DNA from: Candidatus Omnitrophota bacterium
GTDB taxonomy: Bacteria; Omnitrophota; Gorgyraeia; B26-G9
Assembly: GCA_043826565.1 (NCBI GenBank)
Contig: JBDRPX010000003.1
Span: 3,614 to 67,613, forward strand
Length of the DNA: 64,000 bases
Direction of reading: 5' to 3'
The notes below the pieces were generated by a model. The model was given only the letters and a program-made list of their open reading frames with translations. It ran no database searches and was not told where the DNA came from. How positions within the stretch are numbered: the first letter of the stretch is position 1; every line of letters begins with the position of its first letter. The translations under genes were made by a program, and so were the position numbers. Shown here in pieces: positions 63,999 to 64,000 of this stretch.

Positions 63999-64000
63999 GG

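Noticed and set aside
1-64000. Searched for tRNA, rRNA, transposase/integrase, toxin-antitoxin or CRISPR-cas hallmarks
   Set aside because: None were seen by eye. There are no cloverleaf-like GC-rich 75-nt islands and no DDE/tyrosine-recombinase motifs among the ORFs. The region is accessory by content (giant gene, paralog families) rather than by mobile-element signatures.

Overview
This is a low-GC bacterial window with every credible gene on the + strand. Its main feature is one uninterrupted 35,667-nt ORF (10552-46218) encoding an 11,888-aa protein, headed by a leader and including multi-TM blocks, a lytic-transglycosylase domain and a candidate six-hairpin-glycosidase-like segment. That protein carries an N-terminal hydrophobic leader, then a SecA-like DEAD-motor ATPase, three multi-TM blocks, an SLT lytic-transglycosylase domain, long coiled coils, possible TolC-like and six-hairpin-glycosidase-like segments, internal tandem repeats, and a C-terminal tandemly duplicated coiled-coil plus ComEA-like helix-hairpin-helix module. 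The organising pattern is modular. Small PilZ-domain proteins (c-di-GMP receptor fold, conserved C-terminal FxWW motif) sit immediately upstream of large proteins that share a conserved N-terminal leader (KxxFK-I-x-IQAFLxxDxxWAAGG, then a [C/Y]LAP motif). Five leader-family proteins occur in the window, and a fourth PilZ is fused to a TM segment plus a glycosidase-like domain. Downstream is a polysaccharide-oriented operon: GPH sugar symporter, two clan GH-A glycosidases, three paralogous CBM-like secreted proteins, an outer-membrane beta-barrel and a prepilin-type pseudopilin. Four or five near-consensus sigma70-type promoters and several rho-independent terminators are visible. There are no rRNA, tRNA, CRISPR or transposase genes. 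The architecture (giant gene, peptidoglycan-lytic domain, T2SS/T4P-type partners) fits an ultra-small epibiotic or predatory lineage such as Omnitrophota, but I cannot confirm taxonomy from sequence alone.
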